DNA from: Chrysomallon squamiferum
Taxonomy: Eukaryota > Animalia > Mollusca
Length of the DNA: 64,000 bases
Direction of reading: 5' to 3'
NCBI GenBank assembly: GCA_012295275.1
Contig: CM022667.1
Location: 22,320,001 to 22,384,000, forward strand
A program made the position numbers and the translations under genes. The notes beneath the pieces were generated by a model that saw only the letters and a program-made list of their open reading frames with translations, had not been told where the DNA came from and did not search any database. Every line of letters starts with the position of its first letter. The first letter of the stretch is position 1. Shown here in pieces: positions 1 through 13,145 of the stretch.

Positions 1-189
1 TATTAATACTTAGTTATGCATGATATATTTCTGAATATAAGAAACATGACAGGATTGTTAAGTATGATTGAACATTTATAGACAGTCAATCCTTGATTCT
101 AGTTTATAAAGAATATTTTTTTACTATTATTTTTTTTAAATAAATGCCAAATATTTTTTTTTTGGGGGGGGACTTTGTTTATTATCATA

Positions 190-206
190 GTGTGTGTGTG
201 TGTGTT

Positions 207-261
<55 letters not shown>
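190..261. repeat. (TG)n-(GA)n compound microsatellite
   Basis: Directly visible dinucleotide runs. Similar runs occur at ~11582-11614, 11927-11980, 41329-41385 and 42269-42317, and (AAT)n at 42800-42846 and 47155-47206. Confidence 0.95.
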
Positions 262-262
<1 letters not shown>

Positions 263-2529
263 GTGTAGAGAGTAATGAGTGAATGTGTGAACATGAGTGA
301 GTGTTCATTCACATGTTGATTTTTACTTCTGACAGTTCCAAGTTACCTGTCTAGCCAAATAGAAATAACCTCAGTAAGAATAGTACTATAATACATGTAA
401 ACTTAATGTTATCAGCACTCAGAACATGGTTTTCAATAAAATAATACTGATGCCATACATGACTTAGCTTCTCTTTGTTATCTTGAGCTTTGCATTAACA
501 AATAAATATTATATCTCATCAATGACCTGCAGTTATGTAGTATCATTTTTTTTTTAACTTGGTCTCCACCTAAAAGCATGAAAGGTAATTTTTTTTTTAT
601 ATTATAATATGATATAAATTTAATATAAATCTTTTTTTTTTCTTTTTTTTTTAAATAATATGTGTGTGTGTGGCACTCTACCAAAAGTGTAATCTTGCAT
701 TAAAAATAGAAAAATGAGTTATTCAAATAATCAGATAAAGTATATTAAAAAAATAAGATAAAATAAATAAGTAAATAAATAAATAAATAATCATGAGACT
801 AAAGGCAGTTGAAGATGGTGTGAATATCTGAAGTAGAAACAAAGGAAGTTTTCTAAGCTTTGTACTTGTAATTTAACTGCATGCTAAAGTTAACTACAAT
901 CTGACTGTTGTTGATATTTCTCTTATGGAGCTAATCAACACTTGAAGCCAAAGAAATCAAATTTCAGAAATCAAAGTGTACAATATTTTCTTTTCATTAG
1001 AAAGGGCCATTATCAAATAAATGCCTTTAATAATATGGAATCTAATGTTCTTCAGTAAGTACTAAGTATATCCAAAATTAATTGAAACTTTGAATATATT
1101 TCAACAAAAATCTCAGTAACATTTTACACAACACATTCTGTACTGAGGTGACTGCCATTTTGCTTATCCTATAAAGCATTAGATCACCAACCTCATTTAG
1201 TTGTCATAACCTCCAGAACTGCAACAAGAAAATTATAATAGTAATATAAATAAAAAGAGGGAATTCCAAGCGTATGCCTACATTATGGATTCACTGTTTT
1301 AACATTGATGAAAAGAGCGATTTTTGCTTTGTTTTAGAATAAATGACAGCCATTTGGCTAATTTCCATGGAGTTGCTCATTTTAGAATAAAATAGCATTT
1401 TATTATATTTTTTTTTTAATAAACACCTTATAGTTCATTAACTATATAGCTCCTTAGGAATATGAAAATGAGCATTACATAAATTTGACAGGTACCAGCT
1501 TTCTGACCTACTTTTGCCAGAACATATTACCTAACCTGTTGTCACTTCGGTTGAAGGAAACAGATTAAGGTCAGATGCAATATTATCAAAATAATTATTT
1601 TAAGTTACATATCTAGACAGTACATTAATGGTCTATAACAGTAAAATAATGTAGGGTCAGATAGTCACAGCCATAGAGTTCTGTCACAGATAGGGATGTG
1701 AACGGTGATCTAGTATATATTTATAGGTAATAGTATTAAAAGTTCAATCTCAATTATTTCTGGTTGTTCTGCTATTCTGCATATTAAAATACAATTTAGA
1801 ATTTGATGAAACTCATAAAAAGTTCAAAATTAACTATATTACTTTCTCTTGTAATGTGTTCTTAATTGTTTTCCATGGATGAAATATTTCAGCTATTGTG
1901 TTTAGTTATGGTGTGAATGGACTGTTCATTCATTTATAGTATAAGTCTATCATAAACTGATCACAGCTGGATCACACACACACACACACACACATTAAAA
2001 ACAATTACTTTTTGATTAACATTTGTAAAGAAGAAAAATATTAATATTTAATTCATTTTGGGTTTGGGGTTGTATAAATCATCTTATACGTCTGTGCAGT
2101 TAAATGTAAATGTTTCCTTGTTTCTTCCCCTCACTCTGAAACTGGAGAATGAGACTTGTTAAAAACATTTATTATCATTTTAATAACAAGTATTTGTTTA
2201 GCTCACAGGAATAAATAATTCTTTTATATACTGTAAAGATGTCAAAAAAAAGAAAAAAGGACTGTAATTATAAGAAAGTAATATTCAGTTTAATTTGATT
2301 AACATATGCTATAAATATAATGGGCAGGAGGAAGAAATATGAATTTAAAATAAAAAAATTATTTGTGTACACATTTATGTTCATTTTTTGTGCATGTATA
2401 ATTGGGTTATATATTGTTTATAGTTTGTTTGTAAATGTAAATGAATATTTTTTTTTTTTTACTCTTTATGTATTATTGTTTGCTTGTGTGTGTTTGTGTA
2501 TGTGTGTATTTGTTGACATGCTGTAATCA

Positions 2530-2810
2530 TGCAGGTGACATGCAGGATATAAAAGCCATCTCCTTGTGTATTTGTAATGTTGAAATGTCAGCTTGTCCTG
2601 GCAAATGTCCAATAAACTGTCATAATGTGTACCCTGTTTGGCCACATTTTGTAGTCCTCTCCAATCCACTATTTACTCTCACATGAATGCTGCTTTTGAA
2701 TGCTTACCCTATTCTATAACACCCTTGCCAAATTATGTGACCTCAAGACTTGAAACATGTGGCGTTTATTGAATATACTAATACATGCCATGTTGGTCTA
2801 CCTGACAAGA
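2530..2810 (-). mobile_element. Possible highly decayed Merlin/IS1016-like transposase remnant
   Basis: Minus-strand frames with stops read FGKGVIE*GKH, then SGLERTTKC, then TL*QFIGHLPG. This loosely matches the Merlin order FGKRKYNRG...WVFGGIERxTKKCF...ILPG. No TIRs found. Confidence 0.25.
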
Positions 2811-4114
2811 GGATACATATGCTAATAATTAATGTGTTTTGTCTGTCTTTTGTAGGCAAGCATGACTTGTATACCATACAGGTTTCAAAGTCATAATAAT
2901 ACATTAATATAATTCTGTTTTGGTATTTTAAATATCTCTCTCTCTCTCTTTCTCTCTCTCTCTGCTTCTTCTTCTTCTTCAGATTCCATGTGTAAATTCC
3001 AGAACAAAAGAACAATTTATATAGTAATTTACTAATTAGCTTTGCCAGCATCGGCACACAATTTTGCAAGTATGATCACAATAGTGGAAGTTTTCATGTA
3101 ATTAGGCTATTGCTTGAGATGAAATGATCATTCTTCTTTGAAGGCTTAATAAACAGTGATTCTTGTAATTATTGTAAGCAGCTAGATGAAAAGGATTATT
3201 ATGAGTGTGTTCATATAAACAAATTCCTACATTTCCATAGAGTAAAAAACTTTAAATAAAATAAAGCATCATTGATTGTTTCAGTTTTGACTGTTTTGTT
3301 AGTTATGAAATGTATCTGATTATTTAGTTGCATCATATTTTATATATTCAAAGATGGTTTTACGTCTGTTAATACTTCATGTTTGATATGTTTGAAAACT
3401 AACTGTTGGTTTTAACCTTGATGTTAGAAGGTACATTATTACAGGCAGTTAATTATTCTAGTAACACAGCTCACACTTTAGAGTGCATTGAAAAGAACAA
3501 TTAATTTTTTTTGATATTGAAAGTATGTTTTTTGTTTTTTTCAACTTATTTTTCTTTCATGAAATCACCTAAATTGTTTAATTTGAGAAATGTATATACA
3601 TTTTTGTATGGTCTGTTGTTTTAGCTGTAGCATGCTCACTTTTAAATACTTGAGAAATGTACATGTATTTTGGGGTATTGTGTCAGCATTAATAAACATT
3701 CTTGTAAATACTCATACATTTTATTAGAATGGTCTGTTGTGATAATATCCTGACTGATCATCCTAAAGATTTCTTTTTAAATACCATACTGAAGATGTTA
3801 GTATAATATAATTTAACAATCTACATTTTGTTTTTAAACTTTTCATTTCACTCTCAGGTGGTCTGTAATTGTCCTTAGTATTATAAAGTTTAAAAACAAA
3901 ATTATTCTTTTCCTCTTCCTGATTATTATAATCAGCTGTGGTCTGTTTCAAAATGAACTCTGTTACAGCATATATGATACTAACCATTTCAATTCTAGTA
4001 ATAATAATAAAAAATCCCTACACATTCATATTCATATTAATATTTATTGTCGTTATTATTAATATGTTATGTAAATAAAAAAATTTATGATTTTAATTAA
4101 TTTTCTTGTTTCAG

Positions 4115-7100
4115 GATCAAGTGATCTTGTTCCATACATTGTGATAATAACCATTTCTATTGTGATAATTTCGCTGTTTGTGGCAGTTGTGTACATGGTA
4201 CAGCATCAGAGCTGCAAGATGACTTCACACAGACAAGTCAGTCGACCCAGACACTTGTGTCCACAGTCGCACAGTTCAGAGGTTAGTAATCTTATGTACT
4301 ACCTTATTGTTCACAAATCTGTTTAAATTTATAGAAAATAGAAGATAATTTTAAAAGAGAGTGAATGTATGGAAATGGGATAGATAAGAGACTGAGAGAA
4401 AAAAAGAGACAGAGAAAAAGAGGGTAAGGGAGAGTGTGATTGGCAGAAAGAGAAAGAGTGTTATTTTTTATTTCACATTTGAGGAGAATAAATATTTAAA
4501 ATATCAGATGATATAGTTTACAATTGGTTAATTAGGATTCAAAGCTGTATTACAAAAATAGGGATGGGTAAGGTTTTGTGAAGGCAAAATGAGACATGGC
4601 AAAGTTTAGTGTAAAAGGCAGATTATTTTGCACTCATCAGCACATTTTATGAAGGGTGGGTTAAATATGTATAAATATGCCTTCAGATTCTAAAATAAGT
4701 TATGGAAATTTGACTGCATTTTAATCTGCTCTATATGATTTCCTGACCATGACAGTTGAACACTTGTTCATTTACATTTCCATACAGAAATAATAATATT
4801 TCTGATATAAAATATACATACATATCAAGCTATAATAAGATTGCAACAACAACAAAAAAAGTTTTCTATTAATGACATGTGTTATGTCCATTTGGTTATA
4901 CAAATATGTTTTTATGTGTAATTTGCTATCTACATGTAACTGAAGTTGATTTGATTCTGAAAAACGCCTGTGTGTGCTAAAATTTTGAAACTAATAAAAT
5001 AAAAAGTCATAAAAAATAACCCAATAAGATGTTAATCCATGAGTAAACAATTGTTATTTCATAAGTAATTACAGGGAGTAAATTTGTTTAGGTGGTTTGT
5101 TGGGATTTGCCACAAGTCAGTTATCATGCTACTAATCATTACAGACTGAGATACCAGTTTAATTTTCACAATTTATTTTCTTTCTTTTTGTTTTAGAATT
5201 AAAATATTCTATAAAAATACCATATTTTAAATGATTCTAGGACAAATGCCGGCTGGAAAACTGCCCCCCCTCTGGATGACTTCCCCCAGACAATGTGTTT
5301 TCACGCTGTCTGACTGGTCTCAGTCATCTGGTTTATTTCCAGTTCATTTAGTGCTTGTTCATGCTTTAAAATGCCTTTCATCTTCCAGAAATTCTCATAG
5401 TAAGCAATGGTACCACCCTTCCATGAAGTTGTTTGTCCACGGCAAATTCTCTTCCACTTGTTGGTGCATATTCCACATTGTAATGTGGATCACATCTGCA
5501 ACCAGCTCTGCCATACTGGTGACAAATGATGTTGTCCTCAAAGTAATCCATTATTTGTAACACAGTCTTGTATGGTGTACAGCTGGGAAAAACTGTTCAG
5601 GAGCATCCGGCAAACCACTTCATTGATGAAGCCAGCAGTATTATGTTGCGTTCTGAGGCATATATTAACAAACAATTGACATCTCCCTCACCACTGTCAT
5701 ATATCCAGAACAGCTGTCCTGTCAGTGTTTGATATTCAGCTGGTAGGACAATGTCACCTGATGTTGCATTCTGCTGACAGCTGTACTGCAGCATCTACAA
5801 GAAAAATGACAAGAAACATCATGCAAACAATAAATGATTATATGCAGTTTTGCAGTTGTGCAGTTTTGTGGTATCTGTAAATTAAATATTTACCTTCCGA
5901 AAGCAACTGCTTGTGTAATGATGACCTGTGTTGTTTCTTCTCTTCTTTTCATAGTTGATCTGATTTTGATAAACTACATCTGCTGCATGATTGTGCTCCA
6001 AGAACTTTAGCTTTACCACTGTGGTGCCTTCTTCTTTTACCACACATATACACATCATTTTTCGAAGGCAAGTTTTGGATGACTATGCTCTGGATCAATG
6101 AACTCCATCTTACAGAATATACTTTATGAATTAGTAATCAGCTGACAGTTAGCCTCATGTCTGTCATATGCTGTATAAAAATGATCTCCCTAATCAAAAT
6201 GTGATCTCTGCTTTTATGCTCTAGGAAAGACCAAATAGAGAGTCTTTTAACATTAGTTTCTTTTTGTTACATATTAAAGAAGAGACTGAATGGTATATTG
6301 GAAGAAAAAATAGGGGAAGTTGTCCTGGGGGGGCCAGGTGTCCTAGCAGGCAGTTGTCTAGGTGCAGTTGCTCTGGCGGCAGTTGTCCTGTCACCACAAT
6401 AAATATGTTGATAGCTTTGAAACTGTATACCTAATTGAAGTCTGACAAATTATAATTTATCTCTCCAAGGTCTAGAAAATTTACATGTTGTACTTGATTG
6501 TTCAAATGGAGAACAAACATGACAACTGTATAATTGTCTTTAACTATAAATATCTCTTTAATCTTAATATATCATTTCTTATAGTAACATTTTTGTACAG
6601 TTTGTGAGAGATTATCTCTAATTCAGTATTTGATTTGATGAAATAAATAAAGTAGTTGGATAGTTGAGTCAATAAGCAGGGAATCAGATAGGCAGACAGT
6701 GTGAGTGAGAAAGTGAGTGTGAGTGAGTCAATTGTGAAAAAGATAGATTCATAGATCACCAAAGACGTAAAAGGTTAGATAGGCAGTAGGTCAAGATTAA
6801 CAGATAGACTCTTTATTCCAAATCTTTCTAGAATGGTTCTTCATTCAATTCAGCTAACTAATGGTTGTTTTTTGGGGGGTTTTCTTTTTAATTTTTCTTT
6901 TTATCTCTTATAAACATTTTCTTTTACAGGGATTTGTTCCAAGTCCTACACAGAATAATTCAGAGCAACAAGTGTCCTTGCTGACAGACAACACAAACAC
7001 AGATTCTTGGTACCCCCCCCAAGTACGACGGTCCAAAGATGGGGAGGAGGGTTATATTGAAAGCCAAAAGGAAATAGCAAAAATCCAGCATCAGGCAGAC

Positions 7101-7478
7101 AGTGATGTATGTGTTCGCCCTCCCCCAAATAAAACTGTGCTCGATACACACAGAGACAGCCCCCCACCTTATAAAGACACTGCTCGTTCTTTGGACTCAT
7201 TAGGGACAGTTCTGGCACCCTCATTGAGAATTAGAGACTGCAGGGGCCAGCCTTTACGTTGTTATAGTGTGTCAATGTCTAGTCAAAGGGATGATTGTAA
7301 CCAATATTGTTCTAATGTAGATCCCTCTTGGACTTTAGGATCAGTGCCACCTGTAGGTCATTTTGGATCAGTGCCTACATCAGGGATGGGAGAGACTAGA
7401 GAAATAGTTTCTTTTGGGCCTCCTCCAGACTACCAAGAAGCTTTCAGTATCAGTTCTTCGGAGAATGAAAATGTATGA
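4115..7478 (+). CDS. 3' part of a single-pass (probably type I) membrane protein with cytoplasmic PPxY motifs; N-terminal exons not identified
   Basis: Exon 4115-4281 (tttcag| ... GAG|gttagt; phase 1 in, phase 0 out) encodes the TM helix LVPYIVIITISIVIISLFVAVVYMV. Exon 6930-7478 (ttttacag|GGA, phase 0) continues in frame to TGA and contains SPPPY and GPPPDY. Family not assignable without the ectodomain. Confidence 0.75.
5221..6407 (-). mobile_element. Internally deleted Mutator-like (MULE, FLYWCH-type) DNA transposon in an intron
   Basis: Minus-strand remnants in order: EHNHAAD (end of a FLYWCH-like finger, ~6000), IYDSGEGDVN.LLIYASERNI.LLASSMKWFA, APEQF/QLYTI, DYFEDN, MWNMHQQVEENLPWTNNFMEGWY (the MULE RTNNxxEGWH motif), LKHEQALN. 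Imperfect inverted ends: catattt...aggacaaatgcc (5221-5250) versus ggcagttgtcct...aaatatg (6378-6407), with repeated GGACAACTGCC-like subterminal units. Confidence 0.8.
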
Positions 7479-10400
7479 TGCACACTAACATTTTGTTTCT
7501 GTTGTGGTTTTAAAAAGAAAAAGAAAATATTGTGATAAACCATCAGAACTTGTTGATAAATAATAATTAAAAAAAAACAGATATGTAAATGGATACACAT
7601 TAAATATCCTCTCTGTGATTTGAAGGAACTGAAATCAGTTATTTGTGTGAAAGGTAATGTATGTAAGATAATGTGTAGCAGTTGCTGGATCATGTTATAA
7701 TAACAACTTAAAGTAACACTACAGTTAGGTTGTGCTTTAAAGATGTTCTAGGTTTAAAAACCGAAGTTAGTAGAAAAACATTTTTTTATTTCTCTTTGTT
7801 ATGGCTGCAACAGTATCAATTGTTCTGTGGTGACACAACTTGGTTCTTGTCACAAATCAAATCAGGGCAATCTTTTCAAAGGTCATTGTGTTCACTAGAG
7901 GTTCATATTATCAGTTGGTTAATGGCTGTGAGTGATACATTACAAGATACCACAGAATTGCCAAGTGTTAAATACATGATGTTTTCAGCATGTATCAGAT
8001 GTAGCTAACTGATTTGGAATTAACAATGTTTATTTCATAAAATCTGAATTCAAAGTTTAGTGAAATCTTTTTCATTATCTGGGATACTGTGGCTTACTGA
8101 ACAACGATGTTGGGGAAAAAAGGGCATAAAAAACAGGAAATGAGTATTACTTTCCAGTCTTTATCCAATTTTTTTTTTTTGCTTGACTTTGTAAAAGATA
8201 TTTTGAAGTAAAGATTTTGACAGTTATAGATCAGAATAGATCATTAGAATAAAGAAGCTTTGCTGCCTGATATTCTAAGTTTCCTTGTGATTTGATCTGC
8301 AAAATTACATTTTCCAAGATGGCTGCTGCCTTTTTTGTTTTCACTTCAAGTTTGCTAGCTATGGATGTGAAGCTTGTAATAATTGCACATGTTTGTATGC
8401 TAGGTTGTGGACCAGGCCTGTCTAAGAATGATGTTTCTGTGTTTTGTTAATAATGTTAGCATAATTTGTTGAGTAACTTATTCTACTTTTAATTCATGTT
8501 AGTTAAACAGTATTTCTGTCAGATGCATGGCCAGGTTCAAAAGATAGATTCAGAGTTGATAAAAATAGATGCATTTAGATAATCTTGAGATGCAAATTCA
8601 GTTTTATCTTTTTTTTAAATAATAACTTTTCTTGTATTTAGTTTAATATGATTTTAAATATATTTTAAACATATTTAAAGGAAAAGTGATAAAAAATAAT
8701 TTTTTTGTTATATGGATTTTGATGAACATCCAAAATGAAATAAAATGTTTAACAATGACACTAGTTCTGTACAAACAGAAATTTTGTCACAGAGTTATGT
8801 AACCCATCTACATAAGTGCATACCTTCAGAATATATATTCAGTTCCAGTTTGAAAATAAATTGGAAGAATAATGATTCTGAATTAATAGAAGGTTCTTTA
8901 TTTATAATCATATGAATAACTGAAATCATTTGCCCATAGCTGGCTCTGCATTTTTATGACCAGTCTTGAACAAAAACAAATTGTCATTCATTACTTTCTG
9001 TACAAATCAGATGGGAGTAACATATTATTATGTTTATATTACTTTTTTTTTCTGTTGTATTATTTAGTTCAGTTTAAAAAAATCAGAATCCTAGTGTGTG
9101 AAATTAAGAGAGTCCCAATTGAATAGTTCTTAACACAAAATTAATTTATTATATTTAACAATATTTGACACCAGTAGACTCATGGTTATTATAATTATTA
9201 TTGTTGTTGAGTTACATGCATACCTGGCAGAAACTGTTGAATATATACATACAACATAATATTTTTTTGTTATGGAAAATATTTTTAAAAATATTCTAGA
9301 TCTCGTTTTGTTTTTTGTTTCACTTTTGACTGTAAAACAGGAAGAAAAAAAATGGCATTCAATTAAAGGTCTTCAAAGCAATTTTAACTGCCACAATCAT
9401 GAAATATGTTTGTGGATGTAGTGGGTTGTGGGTGGGTGTTGGAAAATCTGGTGTGCTAATTCTGATATTAAAAACTACAATGGAGTTTAGCATCGACAAT
9501 AGTCTTATTAGTTTTCTTTTTTAAACAAATTTGTGGTGTTTTTGTATGTGTGAACATAAATTTCCTGACCTGTGCATGTTTCTCTGTGTGTACTTGTGCA
9601 TTTGCATGTGTATGTGTGTGTGTGCAATTGAGGATATGACAGTGTATGTGTGAAGGTGTGAGCATGTGTATGCATGCATGAAATAGTCACTAAAGTGGCA
9701 AAGTGAGGACTTACAAACTGACATTTGTTGCAGACTTTAAATACACAAAGTGCAGAGAGTTCATTTGTATCTATGAACATGCATTTGATAAAACAACTGT
9801 AGCTCACACCAGAAACATTCACTAGGTTGTTGCTGATGTCATGCATTATGATGACTGTGTGTAACTGTGGTATTTATATTTGTGTGCCTCACCTGGCTGT
9901 GGCCTAATGAATGGAGGAAAACAGAAACAAAATAACTATAAAATAAGAAAATACAAAATGATAACTATTTGAAAGTGTGAGGTGTTACTTTGAATAGTTT
10001 TTAACAAATGTTTGTGGGCCAGGCCCCAAAGCTACAAGCCTTTACAATGCACATTTGTTACACATTGCATTGTGCCATCAAATGGCATCTAACTTCTTTT
10101 TTAATTTTTTGTCACAAAATAGTTTTTGGCAAATTTCATGATTTTACCTGCTTTAAAAATAAACAAAAAATATCATGTTTATCATTTGTTGTGCATCACA
10201 CATATTGTTATCACTGTATTGAGTTTGCTGGATGGATTGTACACCTCTAACAAAAGCTTTAAATTTTTTTCATCAGATTTTACATAATCTAGTTTCAGAT
10301 TTTACCTGCAAATATTCCAAAATTATAAATAATTTATATTATCCTTTCTTATGAAAATAATAAATATGTATGTTAAATTCTGACAGTGTAGAATACTTTT

Positions 10401-11577
10401 ATAGTGGCTGGAAAAGCTTCATAAATATTATTCTTTTCACCTCTAAATAAGAATAAATTAATTATAAAGTCTGTTAAAAGTATATCAACAATAAATTTGT
10501 CTTATTTTTTATTTTTTTAATTCAGAATTCTATATAAAAATCTAAGTAATATGACTGTAAAAGTCAAAAACAATTTAAATTATGTATGCTAAACATGAAA
10601 ACTATTCAAAATTGTCCTTGCATAAATAAAACTCACAATTAATAATAATTCTATCTATAGTTAACTTAAGGAAGAATATGCAAGTTGAAGTTTCATGTGT
10701 ACCTTTGATGAGTTAAAAAAAAATAATATGAATATATTCTGCATTCTTCCAAGTGATATTTTATTTATTTATTTACTATTATTTTTAAGCCATCCATGTC
10801 CAGTCTGATAAAATTACAATAATCTGCATACCATCTGGTATTCTGGTAACAGTGATGTTTTAACAACAAAAAGTATAGTTTACAAATATGTTGCCATTCA
10901 GAGGGCAGACAAATTTATTCTAAAGAATGGATAAAAAAAAAGAAAAAGAAGAGCCATTAGTCTACCACATACGCAATGGCATCATGACTGCTGCTGTGAA
11001 ATGCAAATGTTTTGTAAAGTTATTTTATTAATGCACTTTGTTATGGACAATGATGCCATACAATCAATGAAATAATAACTTGGAAGCATAAAGACTTTTG
11101 ATAGACCATATATTCATAAAAGTACACTAAATGATCAATATATTTTGACAATATTTTATTAATAAGCAACCATATTATAAGCTTTTCAGCAAATTAAAAG
11201 TTGCAGTTTTGTTAATTTAAAAATAAGATCATTTGAAAGATGTAATTTAAGGTGGGATTTTCATCATGTACTCTGCATCTGTCACAAGTAAGAAGTCAGT
11301 TAAAGAAAATGATGTTAATAAATTTCAAAATAACTGAAATTAATTATGCACTCAAGTTGCTGGTTCAACTTCAGTGCATTGGGGTGAATGGTACCAGTAG
11401 AGTACAGGTTAACAAGTTGAGGTACTTCATATTACACTTCCTGGAAAATAGCTCTGCCAGTAGAAAGGGTCATTTTTTGAAAGTATGTAAACTTTAGTAT
11501 GATGGTAACTATACTTACATTTTCACATTGTTTGATTTTTAGCTCTCTGTATATTTGTTTTGAAATGTTCCTCTCTA

Positions 11578-11616
<39 letters not shown>

Positions 11617-11922
11617 GTGTGTATGTTTATGCATGCATCTGCCTGTTTAAAAAATATATGGTGATATTTTCTAGTATTTTCTTTTTTTTTTCTATATATA
11701 AAAAAAATTATATTAAAAAAAAGAAGATAATTTATATTAGGAAAATTCAAAATAATGTTTTGCATCTTGGGTTTTTCTTTTCATTTATCATTCATTAGAC
11801 CATCTGTCCATCCATCCAGCAAATAATTAGTCATTGATTTCAATTTTTATATTATATTATTCTATGTAAAAAGCTATTTAATAGTGTATCAGATTGTACA
11901 GCTCTCTTCATTTCATGTTCAT

Positions 11923-11980
<58 letters not shown>

Positions 11981-12794
11981 TTGAAAGACATCAAACAAAA
12001 AAAAAAAGAATAAAAAAAGAAAGAAATTTTATCATGAAATGGATGTACAGTTTCAGAATGAAAACCAATATTCATTATTATTATTATTATTATTTTTATG
12101 TTTTATTTTGATATCAGATAACCATAATAATAAGTTTAAATATTTAATGGGCTTTTTTTTCCTTTTTGATTAAAATGTGGATAGAGTCTGAAAGCACAGG
12201 GTTTGATTTCAGATAATAATACTTCATATTGTTTATTCATATGTAATTGTAATATAATATTAAAAACTAACACATTTTTTTAAAAGGGGAGTTTTTAAAT
12301 ACTTCGTAATACTTCTACCAATTCCCAATTAAAATATATCGATATTGGAGGATTCTGATTCATTTTGATTTATATTTTAAGCACATGTATAATTTTTTCC
12401 AAATTATCTTCATAATCATGTTTATAACAACTATAAATTGCCATATAGATTTAATCATTAATATATATTACAAATTAATCATTGTTCTATTTTTCTTTTA
12501 GTGATTTTGGGTTGAGCAACATGATCCTATGGAAAAAAAAAAAAAATATTTGGGCTGATTATCAGAATGCAGAATCAATAACTAGTATTATTGTTCAGTT
12601 ATGAAATCCTGTGACTTAAATAATAAATCCACTTAGTTGTTGTAATCCTTGACCATTTTCTCATTTATAAATATATTCAACAGCACAGATACATACATTT
12701 ATGAAAGCTGCATTTTCTGTTTCAGTTTGTTAGTTGTTTCTTGCTTTACGCAAGAATGTTACTTCTTGAATGTTGAGTTAGTCTAGTGAGTTGG

Positions 12795-13145
12795 TGCTGA
12801 AGCTTTTCCTACAGTATTCACACTGAATGTACTTCCATTAAATTTATGCAGTACAGAAGACCTACTGTGTTGAAGCTTTCATATAAGCATACTGGATTTG
12901 AGTTCATACAGGACAATCACAGAGTAGCAGCAATTTTGAAGCTTGATTGCAGTACACAGTAGAGGTGTTGTTCTTAAATGTTTTTGCAGTTCATTCTGTA
13001 AAATGTTCTGCATTTTGTCAGTGCCTGCTGGAAACTTTCCACCAGTATATGCTCTGTAAATGTACTGCATTTAAGTTTATGCAGTACAGACAGTGTAAGT
13101 ACTGTATGAAGCTTTTTCTGCCATGTACACTGTAAAAGTGCTGCT
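12795..13145. repeat. Degenerate tandem repeat (~40-bp monomer, ~230-bp higher-order duplication) with internal palindromes
   Basis: Recurring GAAGCTT...CAGTACACTGTAAAATGTACTGCA-like units. 12795-12893 aligns to 13026-13132. Perfect stem TGTACTGCAT/ATGCAGTACA at 13061-13088. Confidence 0.6.

Noticed and set aside
99-308. Short ORFs rich in HT/CV/ER/I/Y repeats here and at ~9.5, 11.5, 39.7, 41.3, 42.6, 56.0 and 59.7 kb
   Set aside because: They are translations of microsatellites, not genes.
336-373. Possible 38-nt upstream exon of the membrane-protein gene (gacag| ... |gtaaga)
   Set aside because: Its open frame ends in phase 0 while exon 4115 needs phase 1. No bridging exon was found and there is no homology support.
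12795-13145. CRISPR-like array or SECIS element
   Set aside because: Repeats are degenerate without unique spacers, and the DNA is eukaryotic with no cas genes. There is no clean ATGA-AA-GA SECIS geometry and no in-frame TGA in neighbouring genes.
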